The notes under the pieces are model-generated. The model worked only from the letters and a program-made list of their open reading frames with translations. It was not told the DNA's origin and did no database searches. A program made the translations under genes and the position numbers. Shown here in pieces: positions 25,901-37,444 of a stretch of DNA of 64,000 nucleotides (the stretch's first letter is position 1; the number at the start of each line of letters is the position of its first letter). Source of the DNA: Asterias rubens (Eukaryota); NCBI RefSeq assembly GCF_902459465.1, contig NC_047075.1, positions 310,001 to 374,000 on the forward strand, given 5' to 3'.

Positions 25901-28900
25901 ACCTAATGGGTTTAAAACAACAAAGACATGATGAGTTTATAAAAACATTTATAGAGCGCATTATTCGAGGGGCCTCAAGGTGCTTCAAGGATAAAAACAG
26001 AAGCAAAAAAAACAAAACAAAGTTAAAACATGTTCACTCAATGCTTTTTTTTACAAGTGAAGAACAAAGGAATGTCCACAGAGTGTAGAGATTTGAACAC
26101 TATGTGGACTTACACAAATGTTTGGAGGGATAGGGTTTTTCTTAAGTGTACAGGGGTCGATTTCACAAAGAGATAAGACTAGTCTTTCTGAAGTTAGGAC
26201 CAGTAACTGGTTTTATCTCTTATACAGCATTGCCTAGGACTAGTCCTAAGTTAAGAAGAGTTTTGTGAAATCGACCCCAGAACAAATGAATGTACACAGA
26301 GTGTTTGCAACTTATAGTGGGTTTGTATGGCCTACCCTCCGAGGACATTTTTTCGATATGGACAATAGAGGCCTTCATCAAACCTTGGCTTAGGCTCCAG
26401 CTCAGGCTCTGCGTGCAATACGCGCTGCTCCAAAGTGCAGGTTAAAGGCCGAGCTGCGTACACAGCCCGCGGAGCCTAAGCCTGAGCCGGAGCCCAAGCG
26501 AAAGGCCCCAGGTCCTCACTAGTCGGTTCTTTGTTTGCATGGATCCTCACTAGTCATTTGTGTACAAAACCAATAGGGATTGCTTCAATACAGGAACAAC
26601 AGAAAGAACAATAGGTGTCCTCTAATGTAATGGTTAAACACGACTGTGTGTGTACGCACCTGTGGTGATGGGATATCTGGTATTGTTTCTGGAGAGTGTT
26701 CATCATTGAGCCCTCCTCTAGCTGCAGTTACAGTTGGGCTGGATTCTCCGATACTAAACAGCTTACGACGTAGGGTAGAAGTACTAAGCTCATTACACTC
26801 ATCCGCTTCCTTGTCTTCTTGGTTAAATCTGTCTCCTTAGAAAATAAAGTTTATATTGATGATTAGCAAAATCATCATTCTTGGTATCAAACCTATTTTA
26901 TATCAATGGTTTGTAGTATCCGCTGCTAAAACATAGGATTTGGACTGCCTCTAGCCACCGGGCAATCTCAGTGGTCTAGTTGGTATGACACTGCTCTAGA
27001 ATTGCAAAGGTTGTGGGTTCGAATCCCACCCAAATAATATGCCTGTGATTTTTTTCACAGGGTTCGGGTAAGTACTGAGTATACAGTGCTAACACACATC
27101 GATGTTTGACCTCTTCCACGCGCGTCACATGCAGCGACTGTTCCACCCTCACCATTTTGGTGGTCAATAGGTTTATGTGTAAACGCCCTGTCACCTTAAA
27201 ACGCACTTCACCAAATAACACACGTTGACAGTCTACCCATCAAGTACACATGGTGTTACCACAAACCAAATACTACACTTTTAATTTATCAAAAACAGAA
27301 TTTACCGAGAACAGCTAGAAGATCAAAATCCATCGGCAATGACACGGTGGTCTGACAAGACACTAGGAAGAAAAATAAATAAGAAATGCAAAAACATTTG
27401 AAATTCTTCAATAAATGACTGACTTTTCATGTCTTTACAAATAAAAATTTTGCTTAACAGGAATCAAAAGAATACCAGTCAGAAAGTGTACATAAGACAT
27501 GGTAGTTTGGCCGGTAACCTATTCTAATAAGTAAAATTTGGTTATGCTGAGTAGTTCAATGAAATTGGTCTCTGTGCTTAATAGATAGGTTGCAATACGC
27601 GCACACCTGTGCACTTGTCCCTTGTTAACACATCAAAGATGGCGGCCGATGACAAGTACATGTATCGCAATCCATTATCTACTGTAAAACTTGCTGGAAA
27701 ATGCAATATTAGTGGGAGGGTTAATGTTCAGCCTAGAATTGGACGTACCTTCAACTCTATCCTGTTGTCTTGTACTCATATTAACTTGAGGAGGCAATAT
27801 TAGTGGGAGGGTTAATGTTCAGCCTAGAATTGGACTTACCTTCAACTCTATCCTGTTGTCTTGTACTCATATTAACTTGAGGAGGCAATATTAGTGGGAG
27901 GGTTAATGTTCAGCCTAGAATTGGACGTACCTTCAACTCTATCCTGTTGTCTTGTACTCATATTAACTTGAGGAGGCAATATTAGTGGGAGGGTTAATGT
28001 TCAGCCTAGAATTGGACGTATCTTCAACTCTATCCTGTTGTCTTGTACTCATATTAACTTGAGGAGGCAATATTAGTGGGAGGGTTAATGTTCAGCCTAG
28101 AATTGGACTTACCTGCAACTCTATCCTGTTGTCTTGTACTCATATTAACTTGAGGAGGCAATATAAGTGGGAGGGTTAATGTTCAGCCTAGAATTGGACT
28201 TACCTGCAACTCTATCCTGTTGTCTTGTACTCATATTAACTTGAGGAGGCAATATTAGTGGGAGGGTTAATGTTCAGCCTAGAATTGGACTTACCTGCAA
28301 CTCTATCCTGTTGTCTTGTACTCATATTAACTTGAGGAGGCAATATTAGTGGGAGGGTTAATGTTCAGCCTAGAATTGGACTTACCTTCAACTCTATCCT
28401 GTTGTCTTGTACTCATATTAACTTGAGGAGGCAATATTAGTGGGAGGGTTAATGTTCAGCCTAGAATTGGACGTACCTTCAACTCTATCCTGTTGTCTTG
28501 TACTCATATTAACTTGAGGAGGCAATATTAGTGGGAGGGTTAATGTTCAGCCTAGAATTGGACATACCTTCAACTCTATCCTGTTGTCTTGTACTCATAT
28601 TAACTTGAGGAGGCAACATTAGTGGGAGGGTTAATGTTCAGCCTAGAATTGGACTTACCTTCAACTCTATCCTGTTGTCTTGTACTCATATTAACTTGAG
28701 GAGGCAATATTAGTGGGAGGGTTAATGTTCAGCCTAGAATTGGACTTACCTTCAACTCTATCCTGTTGTCTTGTACTCATATTAACTTGAGGAGGCAACA
28801 TTAGTGGGAGGGTTAATGTTCAGCCTAGAATTGGACTTACCTTCAACTCTATCCTGTTGTCTTGTACTCATATTAACTTGAGGACTGCACTCAACACTGT

Positions 28901-29291
28901 CTTCTGCAAATAAATCATTAAAATGGAAACATTGTCGTTTGAAGTTAAAATATTTAGGTGTTCGTAAATGCTTAGTGCATCAAGCATTTCTTATTATTTC
29001 TAACAAATCCCACAGTTCTCGCAATCTACGTTCTTTTTCTACTCCCAATTTGTGCTTGTCTCCTGCACCCCGCACCTACACCCGGTATGGCCAACGAGCC
29101 TACATTATGGAACAATCTCCCTCTTCACATCTGTCAGGCTTCATCTCATGAATCCTTCAAAGCCCAAACCATTTTAAAAACTCATATACTTTTATAGTAA
29201 GCTGAGTTTTTATAATTTGTGTTTTTTTGTAGTTACTGTACAGCGCTTAGTAACTTTTGTAAAAGGCGCTTTTAAAAATATTATTTATTAC

Positions 29292-29340
<49 letters not shown>

Positions 29341-30878
29341 ATTGTTTAATTGTATTAATAAACACCTCACAGAGTTTATGAAAATTCAACTGCCTAAAGA
29401 ATTGCCCTTGAGAATAATTCAAAAAGAAATTCAACTAAAGGAAAACCACAAATTCTTGTTCACATTTCTTTGTCATGAACAGTATTTTTAGTGGCAATAA
29501 TAGTGTGAGGGGTCGGACACTGTGTATAAGTGACCCATAAACTTACCTGATATTGTTGGTGGATTGGGGGAAAAAGTCACATGCTTCAATGGTTTCTTGA
29601 CCGACCACGGTGATGGCACAATATGTTGCTGTGAGAAAAACTGTACACAAATAACAAAATATAAATCAATGAATTATTCTGACTTATAACAAGTTTTTTT
29701 TATCATTTAGAAATTACTTTTGAGCTTGTCAAACCTCACTCCATAAGTAACCAGTGGGTTTGTCAAAAGTTATCAACGACAATATCACAGAAACAAGAGG
29801 AAATGTAAGTGTGGTTTGGTACAATGGAGTAAGAAAACAAGATACTGGTAAAATGAAACGTGTTGTGAAACAAGCATCGAAAATCCTAGGGATAGACATT
29901 GATCTTGATGAAACTTGCAAAGATAAGGTTCAATCTAAAGCAGAGGCAGTAACACCAACCATCCATTGAACAAATTGTTCATTAAAACTAAGGAGTGGTA
30001 GGAGATGGCAGTTATTTTGATGCAAAACAAACAGGTACCTCAACTCCTTCATACCATACTCTGTCCGTCTCCTCAATCATCAACCCAGACATGAACTACA
30101 TTCTTTACTTTTTGCTAAGATGTTATATGAATTTTCATCCATGGTAGGACCATTAAAGATAAATTGAATTGAATTGGAATCAGGGTTTGTGGTTAATAAT
30201 AACTACTACCAATGTCTCTCCGTAATCAACAATCTGTCAATGTGTTCAAAACACTGCTCAAAACTCACCTGTTCTGTTAACAACATCTCTGCCAAGCGCA
30301 TTTGAACATGGAAAATGCGCTATATAAATACATTATTATTATTATTACCTGATCTATAGCTTGCTGAGCTCTTTCTTCAGTGTCGCTATCGAACGTACTC
30401 TCTTGTTGTACTGGATACTCATCAATGTCCGCTGGATGAAGGACTGCAAGATGATCTATTGACCAACGGAATTTACCTTTACTCTAGAAAATAAACAATA
30501 CAAAGTGATTTACATCAAAAACAGTTATAGGCCTCAAAATAATCCATGTCACTCACAGCAGTAGGGGACTTTCGGGACGCTTGGTGGCAGCAGACTTACC
30601 AGGTAAAATCCCTTGTTCCCGGTAATGTGCGCGTGCTCAGAACTACGTAAACAATGGACATTTCTAGGAGTAGGGATGGGGTTAAGTGTGGGGAGGAGCT
30701 GAGGGTGATGAAAATACCATACCTGTGAACTGGAAGGGGTCAACACACTTTTAGAAAACACAGATGGACTAAACTGCGTCAGATGAAGGCTGTCCACACT
30801 GTCTGCTTCAAATGGATTCAATGTTGTGTTTTTGCTCGACATACTCGAATCGGGGGGCACTTTTTGTTGACAATCCAT
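22985..30878 (-). CDS. BORA: Protein aurora borealis (Bora), Aurora A/Plk1 cofactor (566 aa)
   Basis: Eight in-phase exons: 30878-30723, 30483-30349, 29640-29547, 27362-27306, 26835-26660, 25325-25184, 24589-24377, 23712-22985 (1701 nt). Bora motifs are present: LNPFE...SPSVF, GKFRWSIDHLAVLHPADID, FF...IVPSPW, CQTTVSLPMDFDL, STLRRKLF, QFSSSP, and a beta-TrCP-type degron DSGFNT (23111-23128). Confidence 0.95.
26965..27075 (+). mobile_element. tRNA-derived SINE
   Basis: Box A tggtctagttgg and box B ggttcgaatcc, followed by a non-tRNA tail; a related, interrupted copy is at 21860-22200. Confidence 0.75.
27703..28883. repeat. 91-bp tandem array, 13 near-identical copies, in a BORA intron
   Basis: Unit gcaatattagtgggagggttaatgttcagcctagaattggac(g/t)taccttcaactctatcctgttgtcttgtactcatattaacttgaggag; starts at 27703, 27794, 27885 and so on. 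Confidence 0.97.
29290..29340. repeat. (ATT)n microsatellite forming a retroposon 3' tail
   Basis: About 16 ATT units preceded by a gcgc...ggcgct stem typical of the LINE/SINE tails seen elsewhere in the window. Confidence 0.85.
29790..30180 (+). mobile_element. 5'-truncated non-LTR retrotransposon remnant (CR1/L2/Rex-like ORF2 3' end)
   Basis: The degenerate frame reads VVWYNGVRKQDTGKMKRVVKQASKILG...LRSGRR...KTNRYLNSFIPYSVRLLN, followed by an (ttgaa)n tail. This matches the C-terminus of CR1-group ORF2 proteins. Confidence 0.75.
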
Positions 30879-32426
30879 TCTGTTGTTCGTTGCACGTAAA
30901 AAACTAAGAAGAAAAGGAAAAAAAGGCATCATTGTAACTTCATAAAGTAATTTCTATGAACAGCACTACAGGCAGGCAGGAATGTAAGAATGTAGCTAAG
31001 ATGAGAAAGCCTAGTTAATTGCGATAACGTAACCCTCTTCACCGCAGGTAGGAGCGAGGGTTACGTTATCGCAACTAAAGTAAAGAAAGCCTTGGTCGTG
31101 TTGGTTCATGTAGTGTAGATGTAGGTTTGACTTGTTTATAAAATTATGCCTGTTGGGTTGGGGCATAATGGCTATCAGGCTATGGCCACTCCTAGCCCCT
31201 AGAATAAGTAGAACTATGCGGTTTCGTTTTGCTATCGTCTCCCGTAACCTCATACATAATCATACTAGACGTACATCTCTCCTGACAATAACGATACTGG
31301 TTCATTCAATAAATTTTGGAATCGCAAATCTCTTTATTTTTTATCTAGCCAAAATTAGGCTCTATATGTATGTGTTCTTTGAACTCTCATTGGCCCTGGG
31401 GCGACAGAAAATCCACTTTAATCTCTTAATTATTAAAATGATAAATTCTTACCGTAAAAATTCAGTCCCCCAACTTCAACTAAAGAACTACTCTTACCAC
31501 ACCTAGACTGCCACTAAATGCCGATAAGTTTTTGGTCAAATATTTTATAATATAATGATCCAATACAAACATGACAACTATTCCATTACCGGTGTAGGAT
31601 TTCTACCTCCGCCAACCATTAAATTGACGATGTGTGTAATAATAATATTCTGTACACACACCGACCGCCGACGGATTGGAAATCGAATTTGTCGAACTCG
31701 AAAAGTCACTCGTCAACCAACGAATAAACAACCCCCCACTACCACTAAAACTATCCAGTGATTAAATAGACTGGTCGAGCCAGTATCTCTGTCCTTACTC
31801 TATGCTCCAATAAAATGCCAACAATGTTAATAAGAACTGATTTACCAAAACATTCCGGAAGTTCATTTTATAATAACCACTTACCTTTAGCTAAATTTAA
31901 AAACATCAAAGTTGCAGATTGAGATTGTACTTTTAAATTTCTCAAAGCACTGCGCCTATTTTGGTGTTAGTGTGGTCTCAGTCTAACGAACGTTTCATTC
32001 TAGATACCAGGGAGGCCGATACTAGACTAGTTAATTGTACCTGGGTACCAGATCAGGGAACGCAGAAATTGGCGTGCAGAGTACAGCCAGTGAGCACCAC
32101 ACTAAACTACGGAGGCTTAAAGATGCCATGCTGATTATCGAAAGTGGAGGGCGGGGCGCGGGCGGGGGGGGGGGCTTTTAGCTACAGTTATGATTCAAGG
32201 TAACGAAGACGAGCGAACAAGACTGCATGAAGTTATGTTAATAATAACTTGAATGTTGCATATTTACCCAAATAAAAAGTTGTGCATATGTGGGGCCCAG
32301 CTGAACCGAAACAATTTCAATGGCCTTCAGTAGTGTACAATCTTGGGCCTTAATTCGATTAATGGACATAACGCACTTAGATCAAACCTTCTTAGTTTTT
32401 TCAAACTTTGGGAACTATGTGGGCGT

Positions 32427-32803
32427 TTAAAGACACTGGACACTATTGGTAATTGTCAAAGACCAGTCCTCTCACTTGGTATCGCAACAATATGCAGAAA
32501 ATAACAAACATGTAAAAATTTGAGCTTATGATTGGTCGTCGAAGTTGCGAGAGCTAATAATGAAAGAAAAAACACGAAGTTGTGTGCTTTCAGAAGCTTT
32601 ATTTCGAGACCTCAAAATCTAATTCGAAGTCTCGAAATCAAATTCGTGGAAAATTACTTCCTTCTTAAAAACTACGTCACCTCAGAGAGAGCCGTTTCTC
32701 TCAGTGTTTTATACTACCAACCTCTCCCCATTACTCGTTACAAAATAAGGTTTTATGCCAATAATTATTTTGAGTAATTACCAATAGTGACCACTGCCTT
32801 TAA
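32427..32803. mobile_element. TTAA-flanked non-autonomous DNA transposon (Kolobok/piggyBac-type ends)
   Basis: TIR ttaaagacactggacactattggtaatt / aattaccaatagtgaccactgcctttaa. Family copies are at 49009-49387 and 59674-60020, with partial copies at about 8680-8800, 34990-35263, 36525-36660 and 53372-53945. Confidence 0.8.
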
Positions 32804-34391
32804 TCTTATGAGATTTCATTAAGCATAACAAGTAAAGAGTTTCGCATAATTTGGGGAACTTAGTGGGCGTTTAAATCCGCTAAAGGGTTGGGACAGGCAG
32901 GCCGAACCCATTTTAATTCAATGCAGTGTATATAAACAAACCCCAGGTCAACTGTGTTTGATCTAATGATCTAATTATGTGTATATACCTAATTAAAACT
33001 TTGATTAAACTGACTGTTCCTGTCTGGGACTGTTTACTATCGATCATTGATAAGGAACTAACAACATAGGAATGTTAAATGAGTCTTATGGTTCGAGCAT
33101 AATTATTATACCAACTTTATACATTAGGAAACAGGTACAGAGCACTTTGGGGCACACACATGAGGCGTTTTAAAAAAAAAAAACCGTGTAAATTACGTTT
33201 GGTAAAATTGACATTAATGGAGATTACTTAGATATCTATAAAACTTTTGACATTGCACTCAAAAGTTAAACTTTTGTTAAAGCTGTCAGCGTAAACTACC
33301 ATGCCAAGAAAACTATCAAAACTTTCTGAAACTAAAATAAGTGATCAAAGATGCTCCTCTGGTTTATGTAGACATAATAAGGGACACTGGGTTTGTGAGA
33401 GCAGATGAAATATCTACATGCATGCATGCGGGACAGGGAGATCTTGGGACAACTCAGCCGTAACATCAATGGCCGAGGACAACACTCGAAAATATTTTTG
33501 TTTTGAACAGAGCTTTGATCATTGCTGAGTAGAGTTATGATATTTATAGTCATAGTAACACCATGTTTGCGTCATTGTACATCACTGGTAGAAGGAACAG
33601 GGTGGTGCGGTCTGTTGAGTTTAAGAATTAAAACATCTCCAAACTAATTACATTGATCTTAGACATGGGCTGGTCCATTTCATCATAGGGGGATTTGTTT
33701 GCACTAAAATAAAAGCTAATAGCTGTGCGAGGTGAACGTTGAAAATGAATGCTCATTAATTTAACTGATTTAGCTTCAATAAATGCAAATAATGAATAAA
33801 ATTATGTATTTTGTTGTTACATGCTTCTCTTTTCCTTTCACTGATTCTGCGTCCGTTTGGCCCATTTTTGAGTCATTATACAGGACAGAATTTCTGAATC
33901 ATTCTGACTCAGAATGGGCTAGGCCAATCAGGGAAATCTGTCCTCCGTAGATTCTCATCAGTGTCCTCCATATTATTTTTATGGTCATGAGCTGTGGGAG
34001 GATGATTCAAAAGAGGGTGATATCTGAAGAAGTTTTTACACAGTTTGCCATTATGAGGGGGGGGGGACAGCATCTCCTGCCACATCACCGCATGACCGGT
34101 TCAATTCCGACTAAGGAGTTTCTTAAATGTAAAAGAATACATCCTCCGTTTATTTGGTTAATCCCTTGGTTCAGAGTCGACGAGTCCATGACTTACCAAT
34201 ATTGGTTCAAAAACACTCGTGAAACAAAAGTGACCTGATACAAAACGGCACCAACTCCTAAACGAGATTTAAGTCACAACAGAATTAAAGTAATAAAAGA
34301 ATTAAAGAAACACATTATGAACTACTTTATCAAAGTGTGGATTTGTTTGATTAAGGGATAAGGATTTAGTTTGGCAAGTTTCAAAGTGGGA

Positions 34392-34474
34392 TATAAAAGA
34401 AGATGGGATTTGGGTTAAGAGCAGAACACTGGTGACAGATTGCGATAGCTTGATTCTGCAGGACTTCACTTCGG
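34392..34474 (+). promoter_or_regulatory. TATA box and probable noncoding first exon of the repeat-protein gene
   Basis: TATAAAA at 34392-34398, about 75 nt upstream of a donor CGG|GTGAGT (34475). The next acceptor (TTTTTCAG, 35373) lies 16 nt before the ATG at 35389. Confidence 0.55.
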
Positions 34475-35388
34475 GTGAGTTAGTATTTTTCTTTAAAGCG
34501 GTATTTTTTTTCAAAGTAGGCTCAAAAGATTGATTCTTCATTCAGAAGCCTTGTTTACAGTTTTTGTAACAATTTTAGAGCTCTACAAGTGAGATGAGAG
34601 GATAGCCCTAATTTAAACAATTTTAGGCAGTGTTTTCTTTCAAAGACATAATAGTACAACAAATTACAAAGGTAAAATATGCAAAGATGAACAATGAAAG
34701 CTAAAATCGTAACAAATACGCATTAGAAAACATTATTGTTTCAATTTTGAATAAAACAATCATAGGATACCATTCGCAGTAAAAAGGTTTTGTGTATAAC
34801 CAATGGCGTCTCTTATGTTAGGATTCCTTTCGTTTTTATTCGCTTTAACGAAGCTCAACGAGCCTTTTGCTGCCATAATCATTCAAATTCCCTCAGAGGG
34901 AAAGAGGGGTGGGGCTGTAATCAATTACTCCTTTTTAAGTCTGTATATATTAGAAGTTTCTTATTCATGAACAAAATAATGGAATTTCGTTCCCGGATTC
35001 TGGTGTGATTATTTTGCGATAGTCGTTTGGTTGAATGCCAGTCATCTCGCCCCCCCCCCCCCACGTTGAGTTCGAAACCTCAGCCGAGGTCTCGAATTCA
35101 TGGCATCTGAAAGCACAAAACTTATGCGGAAAGGGTGTTTTTTCTTCCATTATTCTCCCGCACTTTCGACACCCAATTGAGCTCAAATTTTCACAGGTTT
35201 GTTATTTTTATGCATGTTGAGATACACCAAGTGGAAAGACTGGTCTTTATTGCCTTTAAGTCTCATCTAGAACTTCTTTTGTTTCGTCAGTTTGTAAGAG
35301 TTGTGAGTCTCATTTGAAATGCTGACTCTAAACCTTATAAACAATTCAATTTGTATTTGTTTTGATTTTTCAGGGGAAACAATTCAAG

Positions 35389-36495
35389 ATGCTGAAATTC
35401 GCCCTTATTGTGGGCGTGGCTTGCCTCTTGGCTATCAGTGAGGGTCGACCAGCAACGAATGACCGTGAAGATGATTTAATGAACTTGATGAAAGAGGTTA
35501 TTGAGGATGAACTGAAGGAAGATCTAATGGCAAAACTAGAGATACTTGAGGAGTCCGCAAGTACGTCATAATTTATTGTCATAATCTAGGTTTCGCCACT
35601 GCCTTTATGGTTCAATGTAACAAAGCTAATACACTTCGATTACGACACAATCATAGTGTTGTTGATGTTTATGTTATTTGATGTCATTTCGATTTTTTCA
35701 GGTATAAGCTGGTCAGAGCGCCCAGAAGGCAGCAGACCACCACGCCCTGAAGGCAGCAGACCACCACGCCCAGACGGCAGCAGACCACCACGCCCAGACG
35801 GCAGCAGACCACCACGCCCAGAAGGCAGCAGACCACCACGCCCAGAAGGCAGCAGACCACCACGCCCAGAAGGCAGCAGACCACCACGCCCAGAAGGCAG
35901 CAGACCACCACCAGAAGAGGAGCGTGAGTTTAGGGAGGAACGCAAACCCAAAGAAGAAGACAGACCAGAGCGCCCTGAAGGCAGTAGACCACCACGCCCT
36001 GAAGGCAGCAGACAACCACGCCCAGAAGGCAGCAGACCACCACGCCCAGAAGGCAGCAGACCACCACGCCCAGAAGGCAGCAGACCACCACGCCCAGAAG
36101 GCAGCAGACCACCACGCCCAGAAGGCAGCAGACCACCACGCCCAGAAGGCAGCAGACCACCACCAGAAGAGGAGCGTGAGTTTAGGGAGGACCGCAAACC
36201 CGAGGAAGAAGACAGACCAGAGCGCCCAGAAGGCAGCAGACCACCACGCCCTGAAGGCAGCAGACCACCACGCCCAGAAGGCAGCAGACCACCACGCCCA
36301 GAAGGCAGCCGACCACCACGCCCAGAAGGCAGCAGACCACCACGCCCTGAAGGCAGCAGACCACCACGCCCAGAAGGCAGCAGACCACCACGCCCAGAAG
36401 GTAGCCAGGAACCTCCTCAAGATGAAGATCTTGTTGAGGAGTTGCGGGGGGACCGTAAGCTGATGAGTCTTTACCGTCGTCTCCTACGAGGTTAA
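35389..36495 (+). CDS. Uncharacterised secreted Arg/Pro-rich repeat protein (RPEGSRPP x24), 321 aa
   Basis: Exon 35389-35560 (signal peptide MLKFALIVGVACLLAISEG plus an acidic segment; donor A|GTACGT) splices in phase 1 to exon 35702-36495 (acceptor TTTTTTCAG; stop TAA). The ATG context is CAAGATGC. There is an upstream acceptor at 35373, a TATA box with a noncoding exon upstream, and AATAAA at 36735. Confidence 0.88.
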
Positions 36496-37232
36496 ACCAA
36501 AATCTTATAAACTAATATCGACAATGGAATCTTGTTTTAAAACTACGTTACTTCAGAGGGAACCTGTTCTCACAATGTTTTATCAACGGTTCCCCATTGC
36601 TCGTAATTATAATACTAACAATTATTTTGAGTGGACCAATAGTGTCAAAATGCCTTGAATGTGTGGTTAATTATTACTTCATTATAGGTCCGACTGCTAT
36701 ACTTTACCCTAAATTTGAAGATTTTTGATTGAACAATAAAATAAGACCCTTCTTCGATTGTTTACAAGCAGGGCCCAATTTCATAGCTCTGCTAAGCGTA
36801 TAAGCAAAGAATCGGCGCTTGCCCTGCAAGCGTAGAATGGTGATCGTAAGCGCAGAATTCAGCACTAAGCAGAGGGCTATGAATATGGGTTCGGTTTGGG
36901 CCCATGGTGGAGCTATGACCCTATACCACTGTTACACGCGATAATGCCGGACACTCTCTCGCCGCCATTTTGTGACTCAATTTTGATAAGTGTGTAAAAC
37001 GCCACTTTGCCCCATAAAGTAATGTACACTAAAGTTGTTTAACTCCCAAACTGGTGCGAGCAAGGTTATTAAGTATTAGGATTTGAAACTTTGCATAGTG
37101 GTGGAAGTATAACCATGAGATCGAAACAAGATCTGTAAACCGCAGAACAAACACTACTCAAACAAAGATTATTCACATGGTGTTACCACAAACCTCTCTT
37201 TACTATGGGTTCTCTTTACTATGCGTTCGTTT

Positions 37233-37444
37233 AGCTTCCCTGGGTCGACCCCGGTCTGCCCCGGGACGTTCGGATAGCTTTGACGAGGCTCACCCGGGTC
37301 AGCCTCCAGTGCCCTGCTTGTGGAGTGGGTCACTTGGGGTGACCTTAGGTGCATGCCGTCACCACGAGAGGGTGAGTGATAGATCAATTAGCTCTTGTCA
37401 GGGGCTCACCCGAGTAAGCACCGCGGGGTCGACCAAGGGAAGCT
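37233..37444. mobile_element. GC-rich TIR element; diverged inverted copy at 25500-25672
   Basis: TIR agcttccctgggtcgacccc / ggggtcgaccaagggaagct; the interior aligns in reverse to 25500-25672. Confidence 0.7.

Noticed and set aside
26975-27035. Possible tRNA gene
   Set aside because: Boxes A and B are present, but there is no complete cloverleaf or acceptor stem and it continues into a shared repeat tail, so it is a SINE. The same holds for 55219-55310.
35640-36463. Antisense and alternate-frame ORFs (WWSAAFWA, GRGGLLPS, VVCCLLGV, QKAADHHA repeats)
   Set aside because: They are by-products of the stop-free 24-nt repeat; only the RPEGSRPP frame joins a signal-peptide exon in phase.
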